This document shows positions 1-14,290 of a stretch of 64,000 nucleotides of DNA, one piece after another; position 1 is the stretch's first letter, and every line of letters starts with the position of its first letter. A model generated the notes under the pieces. The model was not told the DNA's origin. It searched no databases and saw only the letters and a program-made list of their open reading frames with translations. The position numbers and the translations under genes are program-made. Origin of the DNA: Octopus vulgaris (lineage: Eukaryota). The stretch is from positions 56,730,001 through 56,794,000 of the forward strand of contig OX597821.1 of assembly GCA_951406725.2 (NCBI GenBank), given 5' to 3'.

Positions 1-3000
1 CACCCTCTTTGATCTCTGGCGACACCCTCTTTGATCTCTGTTGGCACCCTATTTGGTCTCTGTCGGCACCCTCTTTGATCTCTGTCGGCACCTCCTTTCA
101 TCTACGTCGGTACCCTCTTTGATCTCTGTCGACACCGTCTTTGATCTCTGTCGGCACCCTCTTTGAACTCTGTCGGAACCCTCTTTGAACTCTGTCGGAA
201 CCCTCTTTGATCTCGGTCGGCACCTTCTTTGATCTATGTCGGTACCCTCTTTGATCTCTGTCGGCACCCTCTTTGATCTATGTCGGCACCCTCTTTGATC
301 TCTGTCGGCACCCTCTTTGATCTCTATCGGCACCTTCTTTGATCTATGTCGGTACCCTCTTTGATCTCTGTCGGCACCGTCTTTGATCTCTGTCGGTACC
401 CTCTTTGATCTCTGTCGACACCCTCTTTGATCTCTGTCGGCACCCTCTTTTATCTCTGTCGGCACCCTCTTTGATCTCTGTCGGCACCTTCTTTGATCTC
501 TGTCGGCAACCTCTTTGATCTCTGTCGACACACTCTTTGATCTATGTCGGCACCCTCTTTGATCTCTGTCGACACCCTCTTTGATCTCTGTCGGCACCCT
601 CTTTGATCTCTGTCGGCCACCTCTTTGATCTCTGTCGGCACCCTCTTTGATCTCTGGCGACACCCTCTTTGATCTCTGTCGGCACCCTCTTTGATCTCTG
701 TCGACACCTTTGATCTCTGTCGGCACCCTCTTTGATCTCTGTCGGCACCCTCTTTGATCTCTGTCGGCACCCTCTTTGATCTCTGTCGGCACTCTTCTTT
801 GATCTCTGTCGGCACCCTCTTTGATCTCTGTCGGCACCTTCTTTGATCTCTGTCGGCACCCTCTTTTATCTCTGTCGGCAACCTCTTTGATCTCTGTCGG
901 CACCCTCTTTGATCTATGTCGGCACCCTCTTTGATCTCTGTCGGCACCCTCTTTGATCTCTGTCGGCACCCTCTTTGATCTCTGTCGGCAATCTTCTTTG
1001 ATCTCTGTCGGCACCCTCTTTGATCTCTGTCGGCAACCTCTTTGATCTCTGTCGGTTCCCTCTTTGATCTCTGTCGGCACCCTATTTGATCTCTGGCGAC
1101 ACCCTCTTTGATCTCTGTTGGCACCCTATTTGGTCTCTGTCGGCACCCTCTTTGATCTCTGCCGGCACCTTCTTTGATCTACGTCGGTACCCTCTTTGAT
1201 CTCTGTCGGCACCGTCTTTGATCTCTGTCGGCACCCTCTTTGATCTCTGTCGACACCCTCTTTGATCTCGGTCGGCACCTTCTTTGATCTATGTCGGTAC
1301 CCTCTTTGATCTCTATCGGCACCCTCTTTGATCTATGTCGGCACCCTCTTTGATCTCTGTCGGCACCTCCTTTGATCTACGTCGGTACCCTCTTTGATCT
1401 CTGTCGGCACCATCTTTGATCTCTGTCGGCACCCTCTTTTATCTCTGTCGGCAACCTCTTTGATCTCTGTCGACACCCTCTTTGATCTATGTCGGCACCC
1501 ATCTTTGATCTCTGTCGGCACCTTTGATCTATGTCGGCACCCTCTTTGATCTCTGTCGGCACCTTCTTTGATCTATGTCGGTACCCTCTTTGATCTCTGT
1601 CGGCACCCTCTTTGATCTATGTCGGCACCCATCTTTGATCTCTGTCGACACCCTCTTTGATCTCTGTCGGCACCTTCTTTGATATATGTCGGCACCCTCT
1701 TTGATCTCTGTCGGCACCCTCTTTGATCTCTGTCGGTACCCTCTTTGATCTCTGTCGACACCCTCTTTGATCTCTGTCGGCACCCTCTTTTATCTCTGTC
1801 GGCACCCTCTTTGATCTCTGTCGGCACCTTCTTTGATCTCTGTCAGCACCCTCTTTGATCTCTGTCGGCACCTTTGATCTATGTCGACACCCTCTTTGAT
1901 CTCTGTCGGTACCCTCTTTGATCTCTGTCGACACCCTCTTTGATCTCTGTCGGCACCCTCTTTTATCTCTGTCGGCAACCTCTTTGATCTCTGTCGACAC
2001 CCTCTTTGATCTATGTCGGCACCCTCTTTGATCTCTGTCGGCACCTTTTGATCTATGTCGGTACCCTCTTTGATCTCTGTCGGCACCCTCTTTGATCTCT
2101 GTCGGCACCCTCTTTGATCTCTGTCGGCACCCTCTTTGATCTCTGTCGGCACCCTCTTTGATCTCTGTCGGCACCTTCTTTGATCTCTGTCGGCACCCTC
2201 TTTTATCTCTGTCGGCAACCTCTTTGATCTCTGTCGACACCCTCTTTGATCTATGTCGGCACCCTCTTTGATCTCTGTCGGCACCATCTTTGATCTCTGT
2301 CGGCACCCTCTTTGATCTCTGTCGGCAACCTCTTTGATCTCTGTCGGCACCCTCTTTGATCTCTGTCGGCAACCTCTTTGATCTCTGTCGGTTCCCTCTT
2401 TGATCTCTGTCGGCACCCTATTTGATCTCTGGCGACACCCTCTTTGATCTCTGTTGGCACCCTATTTGGTCTCTGTCGGCACCCTCTTTGATCTCTGCCG
2501 GCACCTTCTTTGATCTACGTCGGTACCCTCTTTGATCTCTGTCGGCACCGTCTTTGATCTCTGTCGGCACCCTCTTTGATCTCTGTCGACACCCTCTTTG
2601 ATCTCGGTCGGCACCTTCTTTGATCTATGTCGGTACCCTCTTTGATCTCTATCGGCACCCTCTTTGATCTATGTCGGCACCCTCTTTGATCTCTGTCGGC
2701 ACCTCCTTTGATCTACGTCGGTACCCTCTTTGATCTCTGTCGACACCATCTTTGATCTCTGTCGGCACCCTCTTTTATCTCTGTCGGCAACCTCTTTGAT
2801 CTCTGTCGACACCCTCTTTGATCTATGTCGGCACCCTCTTTGATCTCTGTCGGCACCTTTGATCTATGTCGGTACCCTCTTTGATCTCTGTCGGCACCCT
2901 CTTTGATCTCTGTCGGCACCCTCTTTGATCTCTGTCGGCACCCTCTTTGATCTCTGTCGGCACCTTCTTTGATCTCTGTCGGCACCCTCTTTTATCTCTG

Positions 3001-4560
3001 TCGGCAACCTCTTTGATCTCTGTCGACACCCTCTTTGATCTATGTCGGCACCCTCTTTGATCTCTGTCGGCACCATCTTTGATCTCTGTCGGCACCCTCT
3101 TTGATCTCTGTCGGCAACCTCTTTGATCTCTGTCGGCACCCTCTTTGATCTCTGTCGGCAACCTCTTTGATCTCTGTCGGTTCCCTCTTTGATCTCTGTC
3201 GGCACCCTATTTGATCTCTGGCGACACCCTCTTTGATCTCTGTTGGCACCCTATTTGGTCTCTGTCGGCACCCTCTTTGATCTCTGCCGGCACCTTCTTT
3301 GATCTACGTCGGTACCCTCTTTGATCTCTGTCGGCACCGTCTTTGATCTCTGTCGGCACCCTCTTTGATCTCTGTCGACACCCTCTTTGATCTCGGTCGG
3401 CACCTTCTTTGATCTATGTCGGCACCCTCTTTGATCTCTGTCGGCACCCTCTTTGATCTATGTCGGCACCCTCTTTGATCTCTGTCGGCACCTCCTTTGA
3501 TCTACGTCGGTACCCTCTTTGATCTCTGTCGACACCATCTTTGATCTCTGTCGGCACCGTCTTTGATCTCTGTCGGCACCCTCTTTGATCTCTGTCGACA
3601 CCTTCTTTGATCTATGTCGGTACCCTCTTTGATCTCTGTCGACACCCTCTTTGATCTCTGTCGGCACCCTCTTTTATCTCTGTCGGCACCCTCTTTTATC
3701 TCTGTCGGCAACCTCTTTGATCTCTGTCGACACCCTCTTTGATCTATGTCGGCACCCTCTTTGATCTATGGCGGCACCCTCTTTGATCTATGTCGGCACC
3801 CTCTTTGATCTCTGGCGACACCCTCTTTGATCTATATCGGCACCATCTTTGATCTCTGTCGGCATCCTCTTTGATCTCTGGCGACACCCTCTTTGATCTC
3901 TGTTGGCACCCTATTTGGTCTCTGTCGGCACCCTCTTTGATCTCTGTCGGCACCTTCTTTGATCTATGTCGGTACCCTCTTTGATCTCTGTCGGCACGTC
4001 TTTGATCTCTGTCGGCACCCTCTTTTATATCTGTCGGTACCCTCTTTGATCTCTGTCGACACCCACTTTGATCTCTGTCGGCACCCTCTTTGATCTCTGT
4101 CGGCAACCTCTGCCATCTCTGTCGGTTCCCTCTTTGATCTCTGTCGGCACCCTATTTGATCTCTGTCGGCACGCTCTTTGATCTATGTCGGCACCCTCTT
4201 TGATCTCTGTCGGCACCCTCTTTGATCTGTGTCGGTACCCTCTTTGATCTATTTCGCCACAGTCTTTGATCTATGTCGTTATCCTTTTTGATCTCTATCG
4301 ACAGCCTCTTTGATGTCTGTCGGCACCCTCTTTGATCTCTGTCAGCACCCTCTTTGATCTATGTCTACATCCACTTTGATCTCTGTCGGCACCCTCTTTG
4401 ATCTCTGTCGACAACATCTTTGATCTATTTCGACACCTTCTTTGATCTCTTTCGGCACCCTCTTTGATCTCTGTCGGCATCCTCTTTGATCTCTCTCGGC
4501 ACCCTCTTTGATCTCTGTCGACACCCTCTTTGATCTCTGTCGGCACCCTCTTTGATCTCT
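1..4560. repeat. 22-bp tandem satellite, consensus CACCCTCTTTGATCTCTGTCGG; continues beyond the left edge
   Basis: About 200 directly visible monomers with point variants and occasional 19-21-bp or 23-bp units. Confidence 0.98.
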
Positions 4561-5727
4561 ATGGGCATTCTAGACATTCCTGACATTCCTGACTTTTTAA
4601 CCGGTTCGATCAGGCTTGATCCAGTTTGAACCGGTTTGATCTGGTTTGAACCGGCTTGATCCGGTTTGATCCGGTTTAAACCGGTTTGATCTGGTTTTAA
4701 CCGATCTCTGTCGGCACCGTCTTTGAACTCTGACATTCCTCACATTCCAAACATTCCTGAAATTCCAGACATTCTTGACATTCCTGACATTCCAAACATT
4801 CCTGACATTCCAAACATTCCTGACATTCTAGACATTCCAGACATTCCAGACATTCCTGTCATTCCAGACATTCCAGACATTCCTGATATTTGAACTGGTT
4901 TGATCCGGCTTGATCCAGTTTGAACCGGTTTGATCCGGTTTCAACAAGTTTGATGCAGTGTGATCCGGTTTGCGACGATTTGTCGGCACCGTCTTTGATC
5001 TCTGTCGACACCGTCTTTGATCTCTGTCGGCACATTCTTTGATCTCTGTCGGCTCCGTATTTGATCTCTGTCGGCACACTATTTGATCTCAGTCGGCACC
5101 GTCTTTGATCTTTGTCGGCACACTCTTTGATTTCTGTCGGCACCGTCTTTGATCTTTGTCGGCACCGTCTTTGGTCTTTGTCGGCACCGTCTTTGGTCTT
5201 TGTCGGCACACTCTTTGATCTCTGGCGGCACCGTCTTTGATCTCTGACATTCCTCACTTTCCAGACATTCCTGACATTCCAGACATTCCTGACATTCCAG
5301 TCATTCCTGACATTCCAGACATTCCAGACATTCCAGACATTCCTGACATTCCTGACATTCCAGACATTCCAGACATTCCTGGCATTCCTGACATTCCTGA
5401 CATTTGAAACGATTTGATCAGGCTTGATCCAGTTTGAACCGGTTTGATTCGGTTGTAACCGGTTTGAACCGGTTTGTCGGCACCGTCTTTGATCTTTGCC
5501 GGCACACTCTTTGATCTCTGTCGGCATACTCTTTGATCTCTGTCGGGACCGTCTTTGATCTTTGTCGGCACACTCTTTGATCTCTGTCGATACCGTCTTT
5601 GATCTTTGTCGACACACTCTTTGATCTCTGTCGGAATATTCTTTGATCTCTGTCGGCACCGTCTTTGATCTCTGACATTCCTGACATTCCAGACATTCCT
5701 GACATTCCAGACATTCCTGACATTCCG
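4561..5727. repeat. Satellite transition zone with alternating blocks of 9-bp (GACATTCCW), 10-bp (CCGGTTTGAW) and variant 22-bp (CACCGTCTTTGATCTYTGTCGG) repeats
   Basis: Blocks visible directly, e.g. 9-mer at 4730-4885, 5245-5402 and 5672-5727; 10-mer at 4598-4703, 4890-4970 and 5405-5475. Confidence 0.93.
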
Positions 5728-7504
5728 GAAATTGAATATATAATATATAAGTACCACAGAATTTGAATCAAACTGTTTTGATCCATACATATATACACAC
5801 ACACACATACATACATACACACATACTAAAATTACATCGTTGGAGCAGTAATTTATTCATGTATTTTTTGATATGTAATTTATCTTTAAGCTATCCTGCC
5901 ATTAACCTGCCATTAACCTGGCAGGATCGCTATCCTGCCTATCCTGCCATTAACCCCTTTCTTATAAATTAGTTGAAGAATCTGGGGTGTAGTAATTGGG
6001 CTAGTATTGGAACTTTTAACTTATTGCTCTCTATCTTATGATCTCCGAAATTTAAGAATCTTGTGTTAACTGGGCTCTTATTATTTACTCTGACTCTGCC
6101 ACCACCTCAATGCAAAGACTATCAATATCAGAATCATCTTCACAACCACCACTGAGACATCCTAACATAATCAATGCCACTACTACTATCACGCTGTTTA
6201 AAATTTTCACAAAATAGCTGTCTACCTCACAGTAACACTATGCAGATAATAATTTCAGATCAAAACAGACAATACGATTGGTTAAAATTCGCAGATTTAA
6301 ACTACGTTTAAACTTATAAAATACATTTTTCTCAAAAAAACTAGTTGAAATTAATGTTCTCTTTTGACACATTCTACTAGTATACGAAGTTTCAAATTAT
6401 TTAGTTAACTAGAAAAATCTGGCCTTCTTTTAGAAAAGATCCAGGATATTTTTTAATCATGCAATATTCATTAAATGTTTACAAGCCCAAATTGGTTTAG
6501 GTATTGCTTCCGAATGTACTCCCTTATACATTTAGTATACCTCTAATTCAATTACCCCGTATATTCGATATCATATTTTACGATATCTTATACTTATCCA
6601 CCCTTAAGGAAGAAAATAGTTCTTGTTATTGCTTTAAAATATACTATGTGCTTCTTCATTATAGAATGTATTTCATCATGACCTTCTTAACAATATGATT
6701 AAGATAAGTCTTAATAGTTTTTTCTAATATATTAAAGTATCCCATTATTAGGTTTTAAGTTTAAGCTCTATCCTTATTCTACATATTGATTTAAATTTTC
6801 TCAGTTTAATATAATAAATTTGCTAAGTTATATATTACTACCTCCCGTATTCTTCAATTCTAATTTCCATATCTAAAGTTTAAATTACTTATCTCTTTTG
6901 GTTTTTCATTATATCCCCCTTTATTTGATAATCTAAATAAGTATTGGCCGATCCTTCTTTCTTCCAAGTACCACTCCGTCCCCACCAGTCATTCCCTTAC
7001 TTCTCTGCGACATACCCTTTTATGTAGAAAAAGCTAGATATATGGTTCCAGTACATTGATGGTCTAGTAGATGCTCTGACATTGATTGATTTATCACCAT
7101 CAACTAGAATTCAGTTGACAACTCCCAATGAAATTAATTGTATATGGTTGAAATTTACATGGTACATAAAATCTTCTAAATATAAGTAACTACGTCACCA
7201 CTCCTTTTATCTTGACCGCCACTCTTCCCTCTGCTACTCTCTAAATTATAGTAGGATTAACTAGATATACATTAGTATCTAAACTCATTCTGCCACAGAT
7301 ATAACAAAAGGAAACAACCTAAATATTTTGGTTTCCATTATTGATGTAAATTTGTTTTTAAAAATGGTCTATATTCTATATTTGCGGTCTATGTGGTTAT
7401 CTGGTGAGAGAGGCTTTTTCAAATTGATCTAATATTTTCATTAATCAACTAACTGGAGCCGCTTGAAACGGCCGTAACGAAGTGACACCTGTAGCTCTTT
7501 GTTA

Positions 7505-7654
<150 letters not shown>

Positions 7655-7799
7655 CAGTCAAATATAAATATTGTAAAGAATGATGTATCAGTTGTTGTAA
7701 TACCACGCACTCGTTTCCTTGATTTAAACTATAGTTATGGTTTTAAAAGGAATATGATAAAAAATTTAATTTTTTTTTCTAAAAAAGAAAAGTCAGTTA

Positions 7800-9300
7800 T
7801 CTTGAATGACTTCCTTTTTTTCATTTCGAATAAAATTCTCCTCAACACAGCAACTTGTTTCGCCTCTTCTCCATTTCCTGTAAGAAATTTTTTTCTAGCT
7901 GTTCAAGATGATAAACTGCATCGGAAAAACCAAATTTTTTCGCTTTCCTTTGATTTTCCGATTCATCAAAAATTTCGGACTCGTCATTAATAACAAGGTT
8001 CTCTATGAAAATTTCATCTTGTAGACTATTGTCAACATAGACAGGTAGATTTAAATTATCATAGTATGCTGCTTCTTTTTCATCAATTTTGCTTGAATTT
8101 TTCCTAACACCCATGTTTAGGGCTGGCATTTCAGTACTTCTATTTGTTCCTTCACAATTTTTGAAGGTATGATTAAAACAATATTTTGTATCGACCGAAA
8201 CGGAATTCCATGCCTTAATTATAAGGAGATGGGCATTGAATCACTTGAATTTCTTAATCTGATTAATGAAATTAATATCTTCCTCGTGTATCATACTTAA
8301 TTCCTTAAGAAAATTTTTCTGTAAGAGGCTTTAAAAGAATGAATACCTTGATCAATAGGCTGTATTTTTGATGTGCAATTCGCCAGCAAATGATGTAGTT
8401 CTATATTGCTCAAATTGATATCGATGTAATGAACGGTGGCATTATCGAGCAAAAGAAGTATTTTCCTATTACCAGTAACCATTTTTTCATTACGATTTTC
8501 AACCAATCTCTAAGAATAAACCCAGTCATCCAAGATTTCAACTATGAGTATATTCGTGTCCCAAATTTTCCATGTTAATACTCTTAAAACCTTGCGGAGA
8601 TTTGAATTTACCGGTTATAAGAGGCATTATTTTCCCACCAGTTTTATTCACACAAAAAAGTATTGTAATGTGATCTTTTGAAAATATTTCCGAGGCTCTT
8701 TCTCTGTTGACAACCAGTATATTTGTGGGAGGACATTGATATAAGATACCTATTTAATCGCAATTAGAAATATCTCGAGGAGAGTAATTTTTTGGATTTT
8801 TCAAAAAAATCAAATAAGTTCTTTATTACAACGGGATTTACTAGTTCTTCTCCGGAAATTGTCCTTGATTTTATGCCGAAATTTTCTTTAAATCGTGTAA
8901 TCCACATTTTGTTAAGCTTTAAAATCTTTGATTTGAAGACGATCTGCAATTTTAAGAGCTATAATCTTCATCATATCATTGGTTACTGTGTGAGATTTTG
9001 ATCTATTTTTCTGATTCCACTCTTAAAGTAGATCGTAGATATCTTTTATAACATTCGGTTTTACTAAATTCTTCTTTCCTTGGTGATCTTCTTATTTTTT
9101 TTGCACGTATTTGGATTTGTTCTTTAGAATACTATTAATAACTCCTATTGGCATTTTGAATTTCTTCTTCAGTTCCTTTTGTGTCGCCAACGGGTTCTTT
9201 ATCTTGTGATTCAACACTTCCAATTTTTGTGAACTTGTGTTTTTCTCTTGCTCTTTTTGCTGTTTACTTTGGCACACATGGCTTTGGTTTATACAAAATT
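7800..9300 (-). mobile_element. Degenerate Tigger/pogo-family DNA transposon (frameshifted transposase)
   Basis: Collinear minus-strand fragments: HTH-like 9092-9277 (QKLEVL..ATQKEL..INSILKNK), CENP-B-type HTH 8764-8949 (WITRFKENFGI), DDE_1 motif 8297-8506 (RKILLLLDNATVH..LANCTSKIQPIDQGI..SFKASYRK), acidic C-terminus 7842-8129. Confidence 0.85.
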
Positions 9301-9869
9301 ATATTCAAATTTAGAGAAAATTCTGATTTTTTTTTCAGTGCAATGCCTCGATTTTATAGCAAAATGCCAGTATTTAATATTTAATCCATTTTAAACAAAA
9401 AAAAAAGCACAATGTACTCTTTCTATCAAACTCTTTATCTTTACAAATACTTTATCTGCTATTTTTAGGATTACATCTCAAAAACTTATTTTTTCTCGTG
9501 CGTTTGGTAACAGCTAAATTGAATGATGGGTTTTCAAATAGTCGTGACTGGCTGTTTTTACGCAAATTTTGTAAAAATCGATCGTGGATAGTTAAAACAT
9601 CTTAATCACATTTTTAAAAACAAATTATAGTCTAGCGTGCTCGTTCCTTAACGAATGAGTATTCGTTAATTCGAGAGGATACGTTTTATACGGCATGACA
9701 TGGTTCTTTTAGATATACCACTTGGAAGTTCTGCAATGAAGGATGCTAATGAGGAGAGCAAACCCAACACTAGATTCTCTCCGCTGAACCTCTAAAAGAT
9801 AGTATATCCATAAGTAGGTTCATTTATTTAACCCTCACCAGAGAGAGGAGTTTCAGAGAGCGCAACTAT

Positions 9870-10910
9870 ATTGTTTGTTGTTAACACAACGTTTCGGCTG
9901 ATATACCCTTCAGGTGTGTCAGGGAAATTTCGAACCTGAGTTCTCATTCCTAAGGTATTCATTGATGTTGTTGTTGTTATTATTATTATTGTTGTTCAGG
10001 TCACTGCTTGGAATCGAACTCGGAATCCTGGGGGTTAGTATCCCGCGCTCTTAACCACAACGCCATATACCCTTAGGCAATAATGGAGTGAATTTTAGGC
10101 CTTATAAATCTAATATTTTTCTATCCTTTCTTAATACCGGTTCCCATATGCTGCTCATATCTACACTCGGTCTGCTTAGGAGGTCGTTGTGTCCTAGCAT
10201 ATGTGCTGCTTCTTTTAGTTTACGTATTTCCCAGTGGTGTTCTCTGTATATTATTTTAACTTCATCCCACAGGGGAAGGTGGTCTCCATTTTTCCATACA
10301 TGATCAGCTATATCCGATTTATCAATATCTACTCGTGTCACAGCTTTGCGATGTTCGTCTACCCTTATTTTGAGGGGGCGGTATTTTGAGGGGCCTTTGT
10401 ATAACCTACCACAGCTGCATGGGATGGAGTGCACGCAGTCTTTGGTCATATTCTCTTCTGTTGGTGGTTTTACTCGAAGGAGATATTTGCGAAGTGTTGT
10501 ATACTTGAATACTGTCCTGATGTCATATGGGCTGCATATCTTTTGTATCTTTTCGGAGAGGCCTTTCACATAGGGTAGACTGTGGAGTTTATCAGCTTCA
10601 TCCTTTCTCTTCTTCATAATTGGAGTGGATAGTATACATTTGGAGTAGTTGTTGCTTAACAGATCGTTATTGAGCTTGGTCATTTCTTCGTGGTGTGTAT
10701 CACGATCGCTACTTATATTCTTTGCATGATATTTTAGGCACTGAGCAATCCCTCTCTTTACACTGTATGGATGGTGGGAATTGAAGTTGAGGTATCGTCC
10801 AGTAAAGGTCGACTTGCGGTTATCGGATGTCCTGAATCCATACTTGGTACGTGTTATTAATACGCCCAGGAATGCCAGCTGATTGTATTTTTCCTTTTCC
10901 ATTGTGAACT
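9870..10910 (-). mobile_element. Penelope-like element, 5'-truncated: RT thumb plus GIY-YIG endonuclease ORF (10102-10902), followed by a pseudo-LTR-like 3' region
   Basis: Motifs MEKE..L.FL.V.I, RK.TFTGRYLNFNSHHP..VKRGI, LPYVKGLSEKI, IPCSCGRLY.G...RPL..RV.EH and RKLKEA are typical of PLE RT-thumb/GIY-YIG domains. Confidence 0.9.
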
Positions 10911-13094
10911 GTGCGCAAATTGATAATTATATACAAGATATATAAATATACTTATATATACTAAGGTACTATATAATCACCTGCTTCGCTAAAAATAGAA
11001 GTCAAAATGCTTCTAAGCCATAGGAGAATCACTAAATTAATACAGGCATGATAGAAAAAAATCAAGTGCACAGTTACTACAGTAGTTATTTTTAGAAATA
11101 ATATCGTTCTTTTATATATAATACCTGTATAATATATATCATAATGATATTTATTCTCCGATTTGAAGCGACAATTTTTTAAAAATATAAACAAATGACC
11201 GAAAAATGATGAGCTAAACTCAGGCAGAATCGAACTCACAAATCGTCACTGTTGTGGCTCCTTGCGAATCTGATTGGCCTGCTCACCCATCAATTTCAGT
11301 TAAATTTAGTTAATATATACTTAAACTGTCATAAATATTTATATATATATATATATATCAAGGATCGAGTAGACAGAACGGAACAAGGAGAAAAAGTTAG
11401 GCGAAAGTAGAGTAAACGGGAAATTAGACGAAAACTTAACGGACGGGGAATATAGACAAAGACACGATACACAGAATATTCGCAGCTGAGTTTATATATT
11501 TACTTACATATACATAGAGAGAGAAGGATGGCTACAAAAAGACAAACAGACAGAAAGAAAAAGAGAGAAAGAAAAGAGAGAGAGAGAGAGAGAGAAAGAA
11601 AAACAGACGGACAACCAGAATGTAATCATGAGTTTTAAAAGATCGCTATATTGTAGGTTTTTATCTGCAGCTATAATTGGACTGTTATTACCCCCATTCT
11701 TTGTATATTCTTGTAACTAAGTTTGATTTTTACTATTGCTACCATTTTTATTTTTTATAACGCAATGTTATGTGTCTCCTAATCTATGTTAGTAGGAAGT
11801 AACTACGTTTGAATTTGAATATGTATTTTCTCTGATGTAAAATCAACATATATATATATTAGAAGAGCAAATCAGTAACAATAATAGCAATTTTAGAAGC
11901 AATAAGACATTCTTCAAGAGTTAAATTCAGTTAATTAAACTAATTACCAGTGCTAAAAGATACTCGTTGAATGGCAAAATTTAAATTCTCATGTTAAATA
12001 TATGTTGCTTGACTTACTAACGTAATTAATGAAAGAGAATTTTCGTGAAAGCTGATCATGTAACCACTATGGTTATTCATAACAAGTTTATTTACATTCC
12101 CGTGAACGAGTTAGATAAACCAATTCAATACATATAACAATCAAAATGGCGATTTTTGGAAGTTGCGAAAGAAATGGTTTACATGATTCAAATTTTGTTC
12201 TTTTAAAATTTTGAGTTCGAAATCCGACCAAGTATTTCATCTTCCTTTGTGTCGTTCCGTGAATGATAAAATTTATCCTCATAGTTTACTGGAATTAACT
12301 TTGTCGTTGTTACAAGCAAAGCTATAGTGAAATCACAATGCTGTTTCTATCACTTCATAGTGAAACAAATACACTTATTAATGTTTCTAAATTTTGCGAG
12401 AATTGCTTCACTGTCATTAAGTCCTTTTTTCCTTGAAACATAAGGTCACCTATCCATCTTAAAGTATACTATCATATAACGAATAAATAGAGAAAATAGA
12501 AAAAATGTCATGATTAAAAAAAATATGAATTCAAATTCTTAAAAGTAGTTTTAACAGTGTGTCACTTAACTAGAAATGTTCAATACACATCGTTTATAAA
12601 TAAAACTAAGGACATGGAATGATATATTCTTGAATGAGGTTGCGTAGTTGCTTCGCTATATGTAAAGTCATAACTAGAAACCAAGTAACATTTAAACCGA
12701 CCATTTTCCATTCGTTAAAAAAAAATTTGTTAATTTCTATTCGGTTGAAAATTAAGGAAAAACTTGAAATATTAAACAAACGTGAAGAAAGAAAGGTAAG
12801 ATTTTTAAAAAGTATGTCTGTTGAAATATCCATTTATACAAAGCAACAATATATTTGCAGAAAGGGGATATAGATGAATGATTCGGTTTAGACATTCAAC
12901 GCGTCATTTTGTGAAGAATACAATAGTAATCGATCAAATTTGAAATATCAAAGAAAAATTATACAAAATTACAGTTGTAAAGCGTAGTAAGCGTGAGAAG
13001 TAAGATAACTTTAGTCAATCGAAAACTATTTTTGAGCAACAGTTAACAAAAGCTATCTCAAAATAATAAGAATAAAATTGTTTCTGATTCTTGT

Positions 13095-13690
13095 GGGGGA
13101 AAAGTTAGTCGATTACCAGTACTTCACTGATTTGCTACCTGATCCACTTCAGCACTTGACTAGCAATTAAAGTTGATATCTGCGGAATTTGAACTCAGGA
13201 CACGCAATAAATAAATAAATAAATAAAAACTCGTAGGTGTACTGCAAGACGCTGCTAATCCACCGCCATGTTTATAGGAAAATGTTTCTAATTCAGGCAA
13301 AATGCCAATAGAATTTTGAGAGGAAAGGATAATCAATTATATCGACCCTTGATTTTAATTAATCTTATTGGCCCCAAATGGAAGAAAGGCAAGTTGGCCG
13401 CGTCAGAATTTGAACTCATAATGTAGAGAACCGAAACAAATACAGTAAAGTATTTTCTCCGATGCTCTAATGATTCTTCCAATCTGCAATAATACCAATA
13501 ACAACAATAATATTATGGATTCTGCTTTAGGCGTAAGACTACCAATTTTGAGGGGAGTGATTAATCGAGTACTTGAGTACTTCGTTTTATAGATACCGAA
13601 AGGATGAAAGGGAAATGGAGTTAATCTCTGCGAGATTTGAACCCTGAATGTAAAGGATCGGAACAAGCCATTTTCCCCGACACTCAAACG
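13095..13690 (-). mobile_element. Cluster of three decayed copies of the main tRNA-derived SINE family
   Basis: Repeated remnants of GGATGAAAGGCAAAGT..GGAATTTGAACTC at about 13185, 13380-13420 and 13600-13645. Confidence 0.6.
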
Positions 13691-13902
13691 ATTCAGCATG
13701 TCTGATCTTTGACAAAATACTTACTTTTTTCTTCATTTTGTAAATTTTAACTTCAGTAGTTTAAATGTGTTAAAACTATGAGGATCCAAAGGTGGAGCGC
13801 TTTCAAAACCGTTTGAGCTGCGGACAAAATGCCTAGTGGTGTAACTTCTAAGTTCGAATTCTGCCGAAGTCAACTTTCCCTATCATCGCATCAGGGTCGA
13901 CA

Positions 13903-14290
13903 GTGGAGGCGCAATGGCCCAGTGGTTAGGGTAGCGGACTCGCGGTCATAGGATCGCGGTTTCGATTCCAAGACCGGGCGTTGTGAGTGTTTATTGAGCG
14001 AAAACACCTAAAAGCTCCACGAGGCTCCGGCAGCGGATGGTGGTGATCCCTGCTGTACTCTTTCACCACAACTTTCTCTCACTCTTACTTCCTGTTTCTG
14101 TTGTACCTGTATTTCAAAGGGCCGGCCTTGTCACTCTCTGTGTCACGCTGAATATCCCCGAGAACTACGCTAAAGGTACACGTGTCTGTGGAGTGTTCAG
14201 CCACTTACACGTTAATTTCACGAGCAGGCTGTTCCGTTGATTCGGATCAACCGGAACCCTCATCGTCGTAACCGACGGAGTGCTTCCCAA
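13903..14290 (+). mobile_element. Young tRNA-derived SINE inserted into an older SINE, with a 13-bp TSD
   Basis: A-box TGGCCCAGTGG and B-box-like GGTTTCGATTCC; TSD ATCAGGGTCGACA at 13890-13902 and 14291-14303. Confidence 0.9.

Noticed and set aside
1-4560. CRISPR array
   Set aside because: Repeats are contiguous with no unique spacers, there are no cas genes, and the context is eukaryotic.
49-5822. Long minus-strand ORFs with a repeating VPTEIKEGADRDQRGCRQRSKR peptide and (SGM)n/(NVR)n peptides
   Set aside because: Artefacts of stop-free 22-bp and 9-bp satellites; the same peptide appears in all three frames and indels are unconstrained.
13903-13980. tRNA gene (also at about 10010-10070 and 36070-36140)
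   Set aside because: A and B boxes are present, but there is no proper acceptor stem and each continues into a repeat body; these are SINE-type heads.
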